Positions 48,940 to 61,700 of a stretch of DNA of 64,000 bases are shown here, in pieces (within the stretch, counting starts at the first letter, position 1; each line of letters begins with the position of its first letter). The notes under the pieces were generated by a model. The model was not told the origin of the DNA and searched no databases. It saw only the letters and a program-made list of their open reading frames with translations. The translations under genes were made by a program, and so were the position numbers. The DNA is taken from the NCBI RefSeq assembly GCF_009914755.1, contig NC_060938.1; one strand, written 5' to 3'. Source of the stretch: the human T2T-CHM13v2.0 reference genome, Homo sapiens.

Positions 48940-51900
48940 TCTTTCTCTGTCTTTTTTTATCTTTATTGGTATATACGTTTTGTCAAAACTAGGAGTGCAA
49001 CACCTGCTTTTTTCTGTTTTCCGTTTGCTTGAAAGATTTTTCTCCATTCCTTTATTTTGAGCCTATGTATGGCACCGCATGTGAGATGGGTTTCTTGGAG
49101 ACGGCATACTCAAATGGGTCTTGGTTCTTTATCCATCTTGCCCCCCTGCGTCTTTCAATCAGTGCATTTAGCCCATTTCCATTTAAGGTTAGTAATGGTA
49201 TGTGTGGATTGGATCCTGTCGTCATGCTGTCAGCTGGTTATTTTGCAGACTTGTGTATGTGGTCGGTTTTTAGCATCACTGGTCTGTGTACTTCGGTGCA
49301 TTTTTGTAGTGGCTGGTGATGGTCTTTTCTTTCCATATTTAGTGCTTCATTCAGGAGCACTTGTAAGGTAGATCTGGTGATAATGAATTCTCCCAGCATT
49401 TGCTTGTCTGAAAAGGGTCTTGTTTCTCCTTCACTTATGATGCTTAATTTTGCTGGACATGAAATTCTGGGTTGAAATTTCTTTTCTTTTTTTTTAACCA
49501 TTTAACTCTCTAGCTCTCATTTTAACCATTTTAACTCTCTAGCGGCCTTTAACATTGTTTCTTTCATTTTGACCTTGGAGAATCTGATGATTATATGTCT
49601 TGGGGATGATCTTCTCGTGGCATATCTTACTGAAGTCCTCTGGATTTCCTGAATTTGAATGTTGGCCTGTCTGGCTAGGTTTCGGACATTCTCATGAAGG
49701 ATATTATGAAGTATGTTTTCCAAATTGGTTCCATTCTCCTCATCTCTTTCAGGTACATTAATCAGTCATAGATTTGGTCGTTTATATAATCCCATATTTC
49801 TCGGATGTTTTGTTCATTCCTTTTCCTCCATTTTTGTCTGCCTGTTTTGTTTCAGAAAGCCAGTTTTCAAGCTCTGGGATTCTTTCCTCTGTTTGGTCTA
49901 TTCTGCTGGGTGGTCTTGCACATGAGATGGAGCTGGTCTGACCTCAGCCCTCCTTAGTCTGCTTGCCTCTCCCAGGACCCCAGCCTGGCCACACCTGCTT
50001 ACAGGGCAATATCGGGTGCCCACACACACTACAATAATTTTCATAATGCAATCACACATAATCACCATGTGACTCCATTATGAAAATTCTTGTAGTGTGC
50101 TTTTCAGCTCTATTAGGTCGGTTATGTCTTCTTTGTACTTGCTATTTTGTCTGTTAGCTCCTGCAATGTTTTACAATGATTTTTAGCTCACTTGTATTGC
50201 ATGACAACATACTTCTTTCACTCAGTGAACTTTGTTCCTACGCATATCCTGAACCCTGCTTGTATCATTCCAGACATCTCAGCCTCAGCCCAGTTCTGAA
50301 CACTTGCTGGAGAGTTGATGCAGTCATTTGGAGGAAAGAAGGCATGCGACTTTTTGAGTTTTCAGTGTTCTCACACAGATTCTTTCTCATCTTTATGGGC
50401 TTATCCACCTTCCATCTTTGAGGTTGCTGACCTTCGGACAGGTTATTTTTGTTTTATTGTATTTGATGATCTTGAGGGTTTCATTGTGGTATAAGGTGGA
50501 TTCAACCAACTGGCTTTGTTTTTGGAGGATTTTGGGGAGGCCAATGTGCAGCTCCCAATTCCTGGACTGTGTGCTTTAACTCTAGGGAACTTGTCTTAGG
50601 CCCCAACTTTGTTCTCTGGCTCCTCGAGGTTTGGAGTCCACTGCACTGAGGGGACCGAAGTGTGGCAACTGTGGCGGAATGCCAGTGGATGCAAAATTCC
50701 CTTCCTCCCTGCGGGCGTTCACCCAGTGGTGGAGGCAAGACAGCTGGGGTGTGGGCCAGGGCTCCCCTGCTGTGTGTGTGTTGCACTGGAGGTAGTGTTG
50801 GTTCAGGGTGAGCTGCTGGCCAGTGCAGACCATGGTGCCTTCTCTGTGTCCCTCAAAGAAACAGTGGTCGCTCAGGGTATAAGAAGGTCCCTTTTTCTCT
50901 GCACAGCATTAGCTCAAGGGTGAGGTGCTGGCAGGGGTGGGGTTCTTGGTTCTGTGCCCACCAAGGCTCTGTCTTCAATGGCAGTTGGTGTGGGTTGGTG
51001 TGTGTGCTGCACTCCCGTGTGCTGTCAGGGCAAGTACAGCAAAACCCACCTGTGTAAACACACACAGCAAAGTGATGTAGGAAGTTTCCATATAAAGGGC
51101 TGCAGTATGGAGAGGTAATGTGCAGGCTGGTGCGTGGCTGCTGGGGCCACCTTGCTGCAGCTCTCCACTGATCAGCTATGGTCCACTAGCACGGAAGCTA
51201 TGCTGTGGGCATCCGAGAGTGCCCTGTAAGCAGGTGTGGCCAGGCTGGGGTCCTGGGAGAGGCAAGCAGACTAAGGAGTGCCCCATCTCATGGGCAAGAC
51301 TGCCCAGCAGAGATCAGGTCTCAGAGGAGAACTCCCTCAAAAGTGAACCCCCAGCACAGCATAGCTGCTTTACACAAACATGGCCAGGCTTCTTTTTTAA
51401 GCAAGTCCCCTTTTTGAAGAGGGAAACTCTCTGACCTGATCTCTGCTGGGCAATCTTGAACATGAGATGGGGCTGATCTGAGCTTAGCATTCCTAAAGTG
51501 CTGGGATAAAGTGTCTCACAAGGGCAAGTGGAGCCTAGAGAGATAGCTGTCCCTGCCCTCTGGGCTCCACATCACCTGACTTGCTGCTCCACCACTCTGC
51601 TTGTCTCCTGGGTGCTCCATCCCGGAGAGATGTGAGTTAGCAATCACTTAGCGTAATCAGCCCAGGATGGAGGGTCTGTGTTGTAAGCCCAAGCCAGGGT
51701 TCCCTCTCTGGTGATGAGCAGTGTGGGGTGTGTGGTACGCGTGGGAGATGGACTGGCTTGTTCGTTGGGTCAACTGCAGCTTATTGGAGGTGTCGATATG
51801 GCACTTAGGGTCTTTGCTCCCTTGATATTCTGAGGGTAGCAAGGGCAGTTCCACTGCAGAGACAGTGGAAGAGGGAATTTCATTTGCTCCTGGAAGCTCT

Positions 51901-52895
51901 GTCCAGGGAATTGCTGAGTTGCTACTGGCTTGATAGCTCCAATGGTGGACTGGCTGGAGACCCAGGCCAGGAGGACTTGTCCATCAAGTAGACTGTCCGG
52001 CCACTTTTCTGTCAGGCTGCTGTGGTATGCTGGGGGTCCCTCCAGTCCCTATTTGCCTTGTATTTTCCAGGGAAGATGATAGCCTGCCCCTTCCTCTGGG
52101 AGCTCTGGGCCACTGAGCTACGAACTTGTTGCCTATATGAACACACCTATAAGATGTGACTGGAGACAAGTTGAGAAGTCTTATCTAGTCAGGAGGAACA
52201 AGAACAGGGACTTGCTTAAAAAAAATCTGGCCACGTTTTTCTAGAGCAGCTGTGCTGTGCCGGGGGTTCACTTCCACACCTTGTCGCCTCAGACACTCTG
52301 AAGCCCTAAGGCTAAAATGGCTGAGTTGCCCCAACAGCAAAGATGACAGTCTGGTCCTCCCCCTGGGAGCTCTGACTCAGGGAGGCCTGAAACCTCTGTC
52401 GGCCAGAGAACAGCAGTGAAGGTAGCTGGAGACCCTGGTTGAAAGGCTTCACCCACTGATTAGAAATGTGTTCGGGGACTGACTTAAACAAGAGTCTGGC
52501 CACGTTTTTGTAGTGAGGCTGTGCTGTGCTGAGGTTCCTCTTCCACCCCTTGTCACCTTGGGGTTTCCAAAGCTCGCAGTCCAGAATGGCTAGTCACCCA
52601 AACAGCAAAGGTGGTGGCCTGCCCCTCTCTCTGGGAGCTCTGTCCCGGGAACACTTCAAATTTCCATTGGCCAAGGAATGCTGGTGGCCGTAGCTGGGAC
52701 CCCAGTTGGGAGGTCCTTTCCAGTGACATGCAACAGAGTCAGGGGCCTGCTTACAGAAACAATCTGGCCATGATTTGGTAAAGCAGCCATGCTGTGCTGT
52801 GGGATCTCTTCTGCCCCTGGTCGGTTTGTACTCTCCAAAGCCTTCAGGCTGGAATGACCAAGTTGCTTGAACAGGAAAGATGGCGGCCTGCCCCA
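48940..52895 (-). mobile_element. older L1 (L1PA15-16/L1PB-like): 5'UTR with internal tandem repeats, ORF1 and ORF2 start, decayed
   Basis: Peptides FQPRISCPAKLSIISEGE...FSDKQML and ARQANIQIQEIQRT; repeated 'ctgggagctctg...tctggccac' units at 51880-52895. Confidence 0.8.
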
Positions 52896-53270
52896 TCTAT
52901 TCTCTCAGAGTTCATCTTGTTTGATGGAGCTTAATTTTTAGCCCGTTAATTTTACTGTCTACATTAGACTTGTTCTGAAAGAATCTGTTATCTTTTAGGT
53001 TAGATATATGAGAATTCATTGTTTTCTGTAAATAAACCTGTTCATGTCTTGTTCTCTGGAAAGAAATCTCTTGCAACTCTCTGACTTTGGTCACAATCAT
53101 GTAGAGCAGTAGCCAGTCTACAGTGACATAATTGAATTTCCATTTCCAGTGTTTCGTTTTTGTGTCTTACATTGTACAGTTCAGAACTGTGCATTTTATT
53201 CCCAATTGTCAAAATGCTAAGCTGTCCACTGTATTGAAATTCTGTTTTTTGTTAATTCTTCATCATTCAG

Positions 53271-53674
53271 TTTTTTTTAAGATGTGCACTTTTATCCAAC
53301 TTTTCTCAAGGCAGAGTACAGGTAAGCCCTGGCTGCCTCCAGCCACTCTCAGGGAGACCAAAACCCTTCATACACTCCAAGTTGGGGTACAAAAAAGGGG
53401 GGCCATGAAGGCTAATCATTCAAAATAAAACAAAATTTAAAAGTATTAATGCAAAGATTTAAAAAATTTTGCATTATGTAATTTACACAAAAGCAATGCT
53501 ATCGCCTCCCCTGTGTGAGCTCGGGAGAGGACTGGGCCATTCTCCTTAGAGAGAAGTAGGGTGGCTTTTAGGAGGGCAAGGGGCTTCCTGAAACAATGCA
53601 TCTCACAATATTTGGAATGACTATTGAAAAGAAGAATAAAGTACAGTCAAAGTCCTTGGCGACATTGTAGAACT
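53271..53674 (-). pseudogene. ACTBP: 5'-truncated beta-actin retrocopy (3'UTR only)
   Basis: Reverse complement matches recalled ACTB 3'UTR (TAGTCATTCCAAATA...CTTCTCTCTAAGGAGAATGGCCCAGTCCTCTCCC...GGAGGCAGCCAGGGCTTACCTGTAC...AAAAGTGCACA), followed by an A tract. Confidence 0.9.
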
Positions 53675-53877
53675 AGCGGGTGCTGACCCCCGAGCCACAA
53701 CCACAGTTCTGGGTTTGGGGTTTAGTAAAACCACCCCAGGGACAGAGTTCTGGGGCCGGGTTTTGGAGGAACCAAGGCGCCTCCCAGGGATGGTGTGTCA
53801 CTCCTGTTTGCCATGAAATGTGCACACAGGCTGTCCCCCTGCCCATCCCATCCTGCTGGACAGGATGGAGGAAGTGA

Positions 53878-54765
53878 GGGAACAGGCAGGGTGGACAGCT
53901 GGGGTGCAGGGCGAGGCAGGTGCATGCTGGGAGGTCAGGACCTGTGAGGGTTGTGGGCTCATCAGGTGGAGTGGGCTCCAGGTTCACCCTCAGTGCACTG
54001 GGCAGGTCTCAGGCCAGGCTCCCTGGACCCCGGCTGGGTGATGTGGTCACTCCCTGGGGGACTGCTGTCAGACCCTGGCCACCCCCCCTGGGCAGCACCG
54101 TCGCATCCCAGGACTGGACTTTCTGAGTCCTGAGACAGGACAGTGCTGCCCAGGCCTGACAGACTGGGAGGACCTGTTAAGTCCTCCATCCCTAGACCAG
54201 CCAATCTTAGAATGAGATCCATCTCATTCTAAGGCAACCAAGGCAGAGCTGAGGACCTGTGCCCAGCTGGGAGCCAGTCCTCTCCCTAAATGGGCCTTAG
54301 GGAAGCCTCATCCCTATCCCAGTGCACTGCAAGTTTCAGCCCAGGAGACACATAGGGAAGGGAGGATGGGGCCTCCCCACTGGCTGACCCTGGAAAAGCA
54401 GGACCTGGGAGAAGAGAGAGCGCAGGGCTGGCAGGTGATGCTCCAGGCCCATGGAGAGCTCAGGCTCCACCAAGGGGCTGCCTCTCCTGGGCTGGAGGCT
54501 GTGCCCTCTGCAGGATCTGAGGAAGTCCAGTCCTGAGATGGGACAGTGCTACCCAGGGTGGGCGGCCAGCGCCTGACAACAGTCACCCAGTAAGTGACCA
54601 CATCACCCGGCCGGGGTCCAGAGAGCCTGGGCCAAGACCTGCTCAGTGCACTGAGGGTGCACCTGGAGCCCACCCCACCTGATGCCCCCACAGCCCTCAC
54701 AGGGTCTGACCTCCCAGCATGCACCTGCCTCTCCCTGAAACCCAGCTGCCCACCCTGCCTGTTCC
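53878..54765. repeat. ~265-bp inverted repeat with ~360-bp spacer
   Basis: 53878-54143 is the diverged reverse complement of ~54500-54765. Confidence 0.85.
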
Positions 54766-54909
54766 TTGGCGCAAGATCTCCCAGGTCCATCCAGACACCT
54801 GCTTTGTCCACTTTTGACTGGACCATTGAACACCACTGGGCCACGCCAACTGTCCACAGCCTCCTCGATAACATGCATTTTCCCTGACATTTCCCAGTAG
54901 TGCTCAGCA

Positions 54910-55775
54910 GCCCCCACTGACCAGGTCCCTGCTGAGCAGACTCAGCATATCAGATCCTCCCTGACCACACCCTCACTGATTAGACCCCCTTCACCAGACC
55001 TCACTAACTAGATTCCCACTGCCAGGCCCACAATGACCAGGACTCCACTGACGAGGACCTTACTGACAAGGCCTCACTGGCAAGGCCTCACTGACCAGGT
55101 CCTTACTTACAAGGTCTAACTGATAAGGTTCCACCGATCATGACCCCATTACCTGGTCCCACAGATGAAGCCCTACTGACCAGGCCTGCAGGGAATATGT
55201 TGCCAGTGACCAGGCCCCTGCTAACCAGGCCTGAGGTGACCAGATGCCCCTGACCAGGACCCTAATAAGTATGCCCCACTGAACAGGCATGCACTGCTCA
55301 GATCCCCGCTGACCAGGTCACCCCGTAGACCAGTGCTACAAAAGCCACCACTGATCAAGTCCTCTCTGACCAGGCCCCCACTGATTAGGTTTCCATGGAC
55401 CAGCCTGCCCTGACCAGGGCCCCACTGACAAGCGCCTCTGCTGACTAGGTCCCATGTGACCAGGCCTCCACTGAATAACACCCTTTGACCTAGTCACCAG
55501 TAACCCAGCCCAATCTGACAAGGCCATCACTAAGCCCCAGCTGACAAGGTCTCCAGTGACCAAGTCCCACAACCCAGGTAGGCATTGACCAGACACCAAA
55601 TATTTGTCTGCCACTAGGAACCCACTCACCAAGACCTGCACTACTAGATCCCTCTAATGAGACCCTCTCTAAGCAGACCCCTGGTGGCCACCTCCCACTA
55701 AATAGGCCTCACTGACCAAGTCCCGACTGACTAGGTCCACTGAGCAGGCCCACACTGATCAGGCCCCTCCTAACC
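54910..55775. repeat. degenerate 'CCACTGACCAGG' minisatellite (copy 2)
   Basis: Colinear paralog of 41150-42055. Confidence 0.85.
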
Positions 55776-55789
55776 ATATCAGAAGGCCA

Positions 55790-58700
55790 AGCGGCAAAGA
55801 GATGTTTCATATGGCAGGAGTAGGAGCAAGACAGAGAAAGGAAAGAGGTGTGACATCCTGTTAGGCAATCAAATCACATGTGAACTCACTATCAGGAGAT
55901 CAGCATCAAGAAGACTAACCAATGGTGAAGGATTCTCCACCCATGCCACCGCCCACTGCTTCCAGGCAGAAGCCTCCTGCAGAGGCAGAACCTCTTAGGA
56001 AACTTCCATTATGGCAGTGCAGAAGGAAAATATAGGCTTTGAGCCCCCACACAGGAGGCCACCATCCTCCAGACTCCAGATTTGTAAGCCCACCAACAGC
56101 TCATACTCTCAGTATGGAAAAGCTACAGGCACTCAACACAAACCCAGCCCATGAGAGCAGCCATGGGGGCTAAACCCTGCAAAGCCACAGGTGCACTGTC
56201 CTAGTAGAGTTTTCCCATGAGCCTCTGCCTCTGCAGCAGGTTACTCCCACCCTCCCACCACCCTACTGACAACCTACTCCTCCCCACACTACCACCCCTT
56301 TTCCTTCCACCCAACCCCCTCCCATCCAAGATTAAATCACCTCCCACCTGGCCCACCTCCAACATTAAGGATGACACGTGAGTTATATAGGGACACATAG
56401 CCAACCCATATTATTCTGACCCTGATACCCCAGAACCTCATGTCCTTCTCACAGAGCAAAACACAATCATGCTTTTTCAAAAGTTTCCAAAAGTCTTAAC
56501 TCATTCCAAATGTAAAAATTTCCAAGTCTCATCTGAGACAAGGTTACAGTCCCTTCTGCCAATGAGTCCCTGAATTTAAAAGGGATTTCTTTTCCTTCAA
56601 GGTACAACAGGCATTGGGTAAGATTTCTCAATACAAATGGAAGAAATTCCCCAGAAAAAATAACACAAATGCAAGTCCAAAACTCAGCAGGACAGTATTC
56701 ACTCAATCTCACAGCTCCAAAGTCATCAAGAGAACTCACTGTCATGCCGACAGCATTAAGGAGATAGTGTTTACCCATTTGTGAAGAATCTGCCCCCCTA
56801 CCCTCATCTTTCACTCCCACCCACAAAATAATCTCTCCCATTCTCCCCACAACCCTTCCTCCAACACCCACTCTTCTCCATGATTAAATCACCTTCCACC
56901 AGGTCCCACCTTTAACATTCCCCACTACAATTCCATATGAGTATTGGTAGGGACACAGAATCAAATCATATTATTCTGGTTCTTGCTCCCCAAATCTTGT
57001 ATCCTTGACACACTGCAAAATACATTGATGACTTCTCTACTGCCCCCCAATGACTTAACTCATTCCAGCATTTACTGAAATGTACAAGGACTTACAGACC
57101 CCATGCAAGTCAAAAACCCAGCAGGCCAGTCATTGAATCCTACAGCTCCAAATCATCCTTTCTGAATCTACATCTCACATCTAGAGAACAGATGGCTGTG
57201 CAGGGTCTATCCCCCACGGCTGCCCTCATGGGCTGGGCTGATGTTGAGTGCCTGTAGCTTTTCCACATTAAGGGTGCCAGCTGTTGGTGGGTCTATGAAT
57301 CTGGGGTCTGGAGAATGGTGCCTTCATATTTAGGGACTCCAGCCCTAAATTCTCCTTCTGTACTGCCCTAGTAAAGGTTTCCCATGAGGCTTTGCCTCTT
57401 GGAAAAGATCCTGCCTGAACACCCGGGTTTTTCCTTACATACTCTGGAGTCTAGACAAAGGCTCCCAAGCCTCTAGTTTTGTGCTCTGTGCAGCTGCTGG
57501 CTTAACACTATGTGGAAGTCACCAAGGCTTGAAGCTTGCACCCCTGAAACTGTGATGCAAGCTGTACCTGTGCATCTTTAAGCCATGCCTGGAACTAGAG
57601 CTGCAGGGATGCAGGCAGCAGTGTCCTGAGGCTGCACATAGAGGGGGGTCACGGAACTGGCCCAGGAAACCATTCTTCTCTCCGAGGCCCCAGGGCCTAT
57701 GATAGCAAGGGCTGCTGCAAAGGTTTCTGAAATGGCTTCAAGGCCTTTTCCCTATTGTCTTGGCTATTAGCACTGGGCTCCTTTTCATGCAAATTTCTGA
57801 AGCCTTCCTCAGTTTTCCCCTGAAAATCAGCTTTTCTTTCTGACCATTTGGCCAGGCTGCAAATTTTTGAGTTCTGTTTCTCATATAATATAAGAGTTGG
57901 GACTGATTTAATGTAAGACCCATCCAGATGTCATTTCCTCAGTCACACATAAGGGCACAGGCTATTTGATACAGACAGGACATCCCTTCAGCTTTGCTGT
58001 CCAGAAGTTCATTCCATCAGATACTCAGTAAGTCATCACCCTCAAATTCAAAGTTTCAGAGATCTCCAGGGCAGGGTCACTGTGCAGCCACATTCTTTGC
58101 TGCAGCAAAACAAAAGTAACCTTGGCTCCTGTTTGCAGTAAGTCCCTCCTTTTCATCTGAGAGCTTCTCAATCTGATCCTTACTATTTTCCTATGAGCCT
58201 TCTGATCACAAGTATTTAACAATTCTTTACAAAGATCCAAACTTTCCCTCATCTCCCTGTCTTCAAAGTCCTCCAAACTCTCCCAAACTCCATCTGCTAC
58301 CCCCTTCTGAACATGCTTCTACATTATCAGCTATCTTTGTCACAGGCTGGCCATGTGGTAAAGGAAGACAAGCCCATTTCCTGGGGAAGAAGTCAAGGAG
58401 GCTTCAGATACTTGAGTGAAAAGAAGCTGAGTGCTGATTGCCAAGACGTTAGGGAAAAGACCTTGAAGACATTTAATAGATACACTTTGCAGTCATAATT
58501 TTCTCCATGATTATAAAGAAAAGAGGTTTAATTGGTTAATGATTCTGCAGGCTGTAAGGAAGCATAGTGGCTTCTGCATCTGACAGGACTCAGGAAGCCT
58601 CCCAATCATACCAGAATGTCAAAGGGCAAGGAGATGTCTCATATGGCAAGAGTAGGAGCAAGACAGAGAAAGGAAAATGTTGTCATGCCCTATTATACAA

Positions 58701-61700
58701 GTAGATCTCATGAGAACTCACTATCACAAGGTCAGCATCAAGAAGATGGTGCTTAAACATTGGTGAAGTATCTGACCCACACCCCCAACTCCCACTGTTT
58801 CCAGGCAGAAGCCTCCTTCAGATGCAGAACCTCTTGGAAAACCTCTATTATGGAAGTGCAGAAAGAAAATATGGGCTTGGAGCCCCCACACAGGTGGCCA
58901 CCAACCTCCAGATCCCAGATTCATAGACCCACCAACAACTCACGCACTTGGTGTGGAAAAGCTACAGGCCCTCAATACCAGCCCAGCCCACGAGAACAGC
59001 TGAGGGGCTCAAACCTGCAAAGCCACAGGTGCACTTCCCTAGTGGAGGTTTTCCATGAGGCTTTGCCTCTGCAGCAGTCTACTCCCCCTTCCTACTTCCC
59101 CCCACCCTCCCACCACCCTACTGCCAACCCGCTCCTCCCCATCCTACCGATCCCTTTTACCTTCCACCACCACCAACCTCCTGTCCATAATTAAGTCACC
59201 TGCTTCAACATTAGGGATTACAATTCCACATGAGTTTCATAGGGACACACAGGCAAACCATATAATTCTGACCCTGATATTCCAGAATCTATGTCCTTAT
59301 CACAGAGCAAAATAAAATCATGACTTTTCAAAAGTTTGCAAAAGTCTTAACTCATTCCAAATTTTAAAAATTCAGTCTCATCTGAGATAAGGCCACAGTC
59401 CCTTCTGCCTATGAGTCCCTGAATTTAAAATGGAGTTCTTTTCTTTCAAGTTACAATGGTGGTGGAGGCATTGGGTAAGCTTTCTCAGTCCAAAGGGAAG
59501 AAATTTCCCAGAAAAATAACACAAATGGGCCCACAGGCCCAATGCAAGTCCAAAACCCAGCAGGACAGTATTCACTCAATCTCACAGCTCCAAAATCATC
59601 AAGAGAACTCACTGTCATGTGAACAGCATTAAGGAGAGTGTGCTTAACCATTTGTGAAGGATCTGCCCCCCAACCCTCATCTTTCACTCCCACCCACAAA
59701 ATAATCTCCCCCATTCTCTCCACACCCTTACCTCCAACCCCCATGCTTCTCAATGATTAAATCACCTCCCACCAGGCCCCACCTTCAACATTCCCCATTA
59801 CAATTCCACATGAGTTTGCTAGGGATGCAGAGCCAAATCATATTATTCTGACCCTGGTCCCCATATCTCATGTTGTTCTCACACTGCAAAGTACAATGAT
59901 GCCTTCTCTACAGTTTCCCAATCTCTTAACTCATTCCAGCATTTACTGAAGTGTCCAAAGCCTAAAGTCTCTTCTGAGACAAGGCTGCCATATGTTCTAC
60001 CCCTGAGCCTCTGAAATACCAAGCAAGTACTTCCAAAGTACAATGATTTTACATGCATTGGATAAGTATTCCCAGCCAAAAGGAATAAATTTGCCAGAAA
60101 GAAGCCCAAAATACATTTGGGACTTACAGACCCCATACAAGTCAAAAACCCAACAGGCCAGTCATTGAATCCTACACCTCCAAATCATTTTTTTTGAATC
60201 CAGATCCCACATCCAGAGCACAAGGGTATGAGGCCTGGGCTCCCAAGGCCTTGGGCAGGTCTGCACTTGTGACTTTTGCGGGGTCTAACCTCCACAGTTG
60301 CCCTCATGGGCTGGGCTGGTGTTGAGTACCTATAGCTTTTCCACAATCAGGGTGCAAGCTGCTAGTGAGTCTATGAATCTGGAGTTGGCAGAATGGTGTC
60401 TCCCTGTATGGGGTTCCAACCCTATATGTTCCTTCTCTACTGACCTAGTAAAGGAGGCTCTGCCTCTTGGAAAAGTTTCCACCTGGACAACCAGGTTTTT
60501 CCATACATACTCTGGAGTCCAGACAAAGGATCCCCAGCCTCTAGTTTTGTGCTCTGTGCACCTGCTGGCTTAACACTATGTGGAAGCCACCAAGGCTTGC
60601 AGCTTGCACCCTCTGAAGCAGTGACCCAAGCTGTACCTGTGCATCTTTCAGCCATGGCTGGAGCTGGAGCTTCAGGAATGCAGTCAGCAGTGTCCTGAGG
60701 ATGGACATAGCAGCGGGGCCATTGGGCTGGAGAAGGAAACCATTCTTTTATCCCAGGCCTCAGGGCCTGTGATAGCAAGGGCTGCTGCAAAAGTCTCTGA
60801 AATGCCTTCAAGGCCTTTTTAACATTGTATTGGCTATTAGCACTGAACTCCTTTTTATGAGCATTTCTGAAGCCTTTTTGAACTTTCCCACTGATAATCA
60901 GCTTTTCTTTTTGACCACTTGGCCAGGCTGCAAATTTTCCAAACTTTTAAGCTCTCCTTCTCATTTAAATATAAGTTTCACCTTGAGGTCATTTCTTTGG
61001 TCACATATAGGACCACAGGCTGTTCGACACAGACAGGACACCTCTTAAGCTTTGCTGCCTAAAATTTCATTCCACAAAATACACTCTAAATTATCACCCT
61101 GATGTTCAAATTTTCACAGGTCTCCACATTAAGGGCATCATGCAGCAACGTTCTTTGCTAAGGAAAAAACAAAAGTGACCTTGGTTCCTGTTCCCAGCAA
61201 GCTCCTCATTTTCATGTGAGACCTTCTAAGCCTGGTGATCACTGTCCATCCTTCTGTCACCTTTTTAATTATAACTATTTAACAAGTCTCTACACTGGAC
61301 CAAAGTTTTCCTCATCTTCCTGTCTTCTTCCAAGACCTCCAAACTCTTCAACCTCTGGCCATTACACACTTCTCAACCTGCTTCTACATTTTCAGCTACG
61401 TTTGTCATAGCCTGGCAATGTGGTAAAAGAAGAAAAGTCCATTTCAGGAAAAAATTAATGCAGGCTTCACATATTTGCCTGAAAAGAAGCTGAGTGCTGA
61501 TTGCCAAGAGACTAGGAAAAATGTCTTGAAGGCATTTCATAGTTCCACTTTATAGCATTATTTTTTTGTATAATCAGAAAGAAAAGAGGTTAAACTGGCT
61601 GATGGTTCTGCAAGCTTTAAATAAATCATAGAGGCTTCTGCTTCTGGGAAGATTCAGGAAGCCTCCCAATCATACCAGAAGACCAAGCAGCAATGGGATG

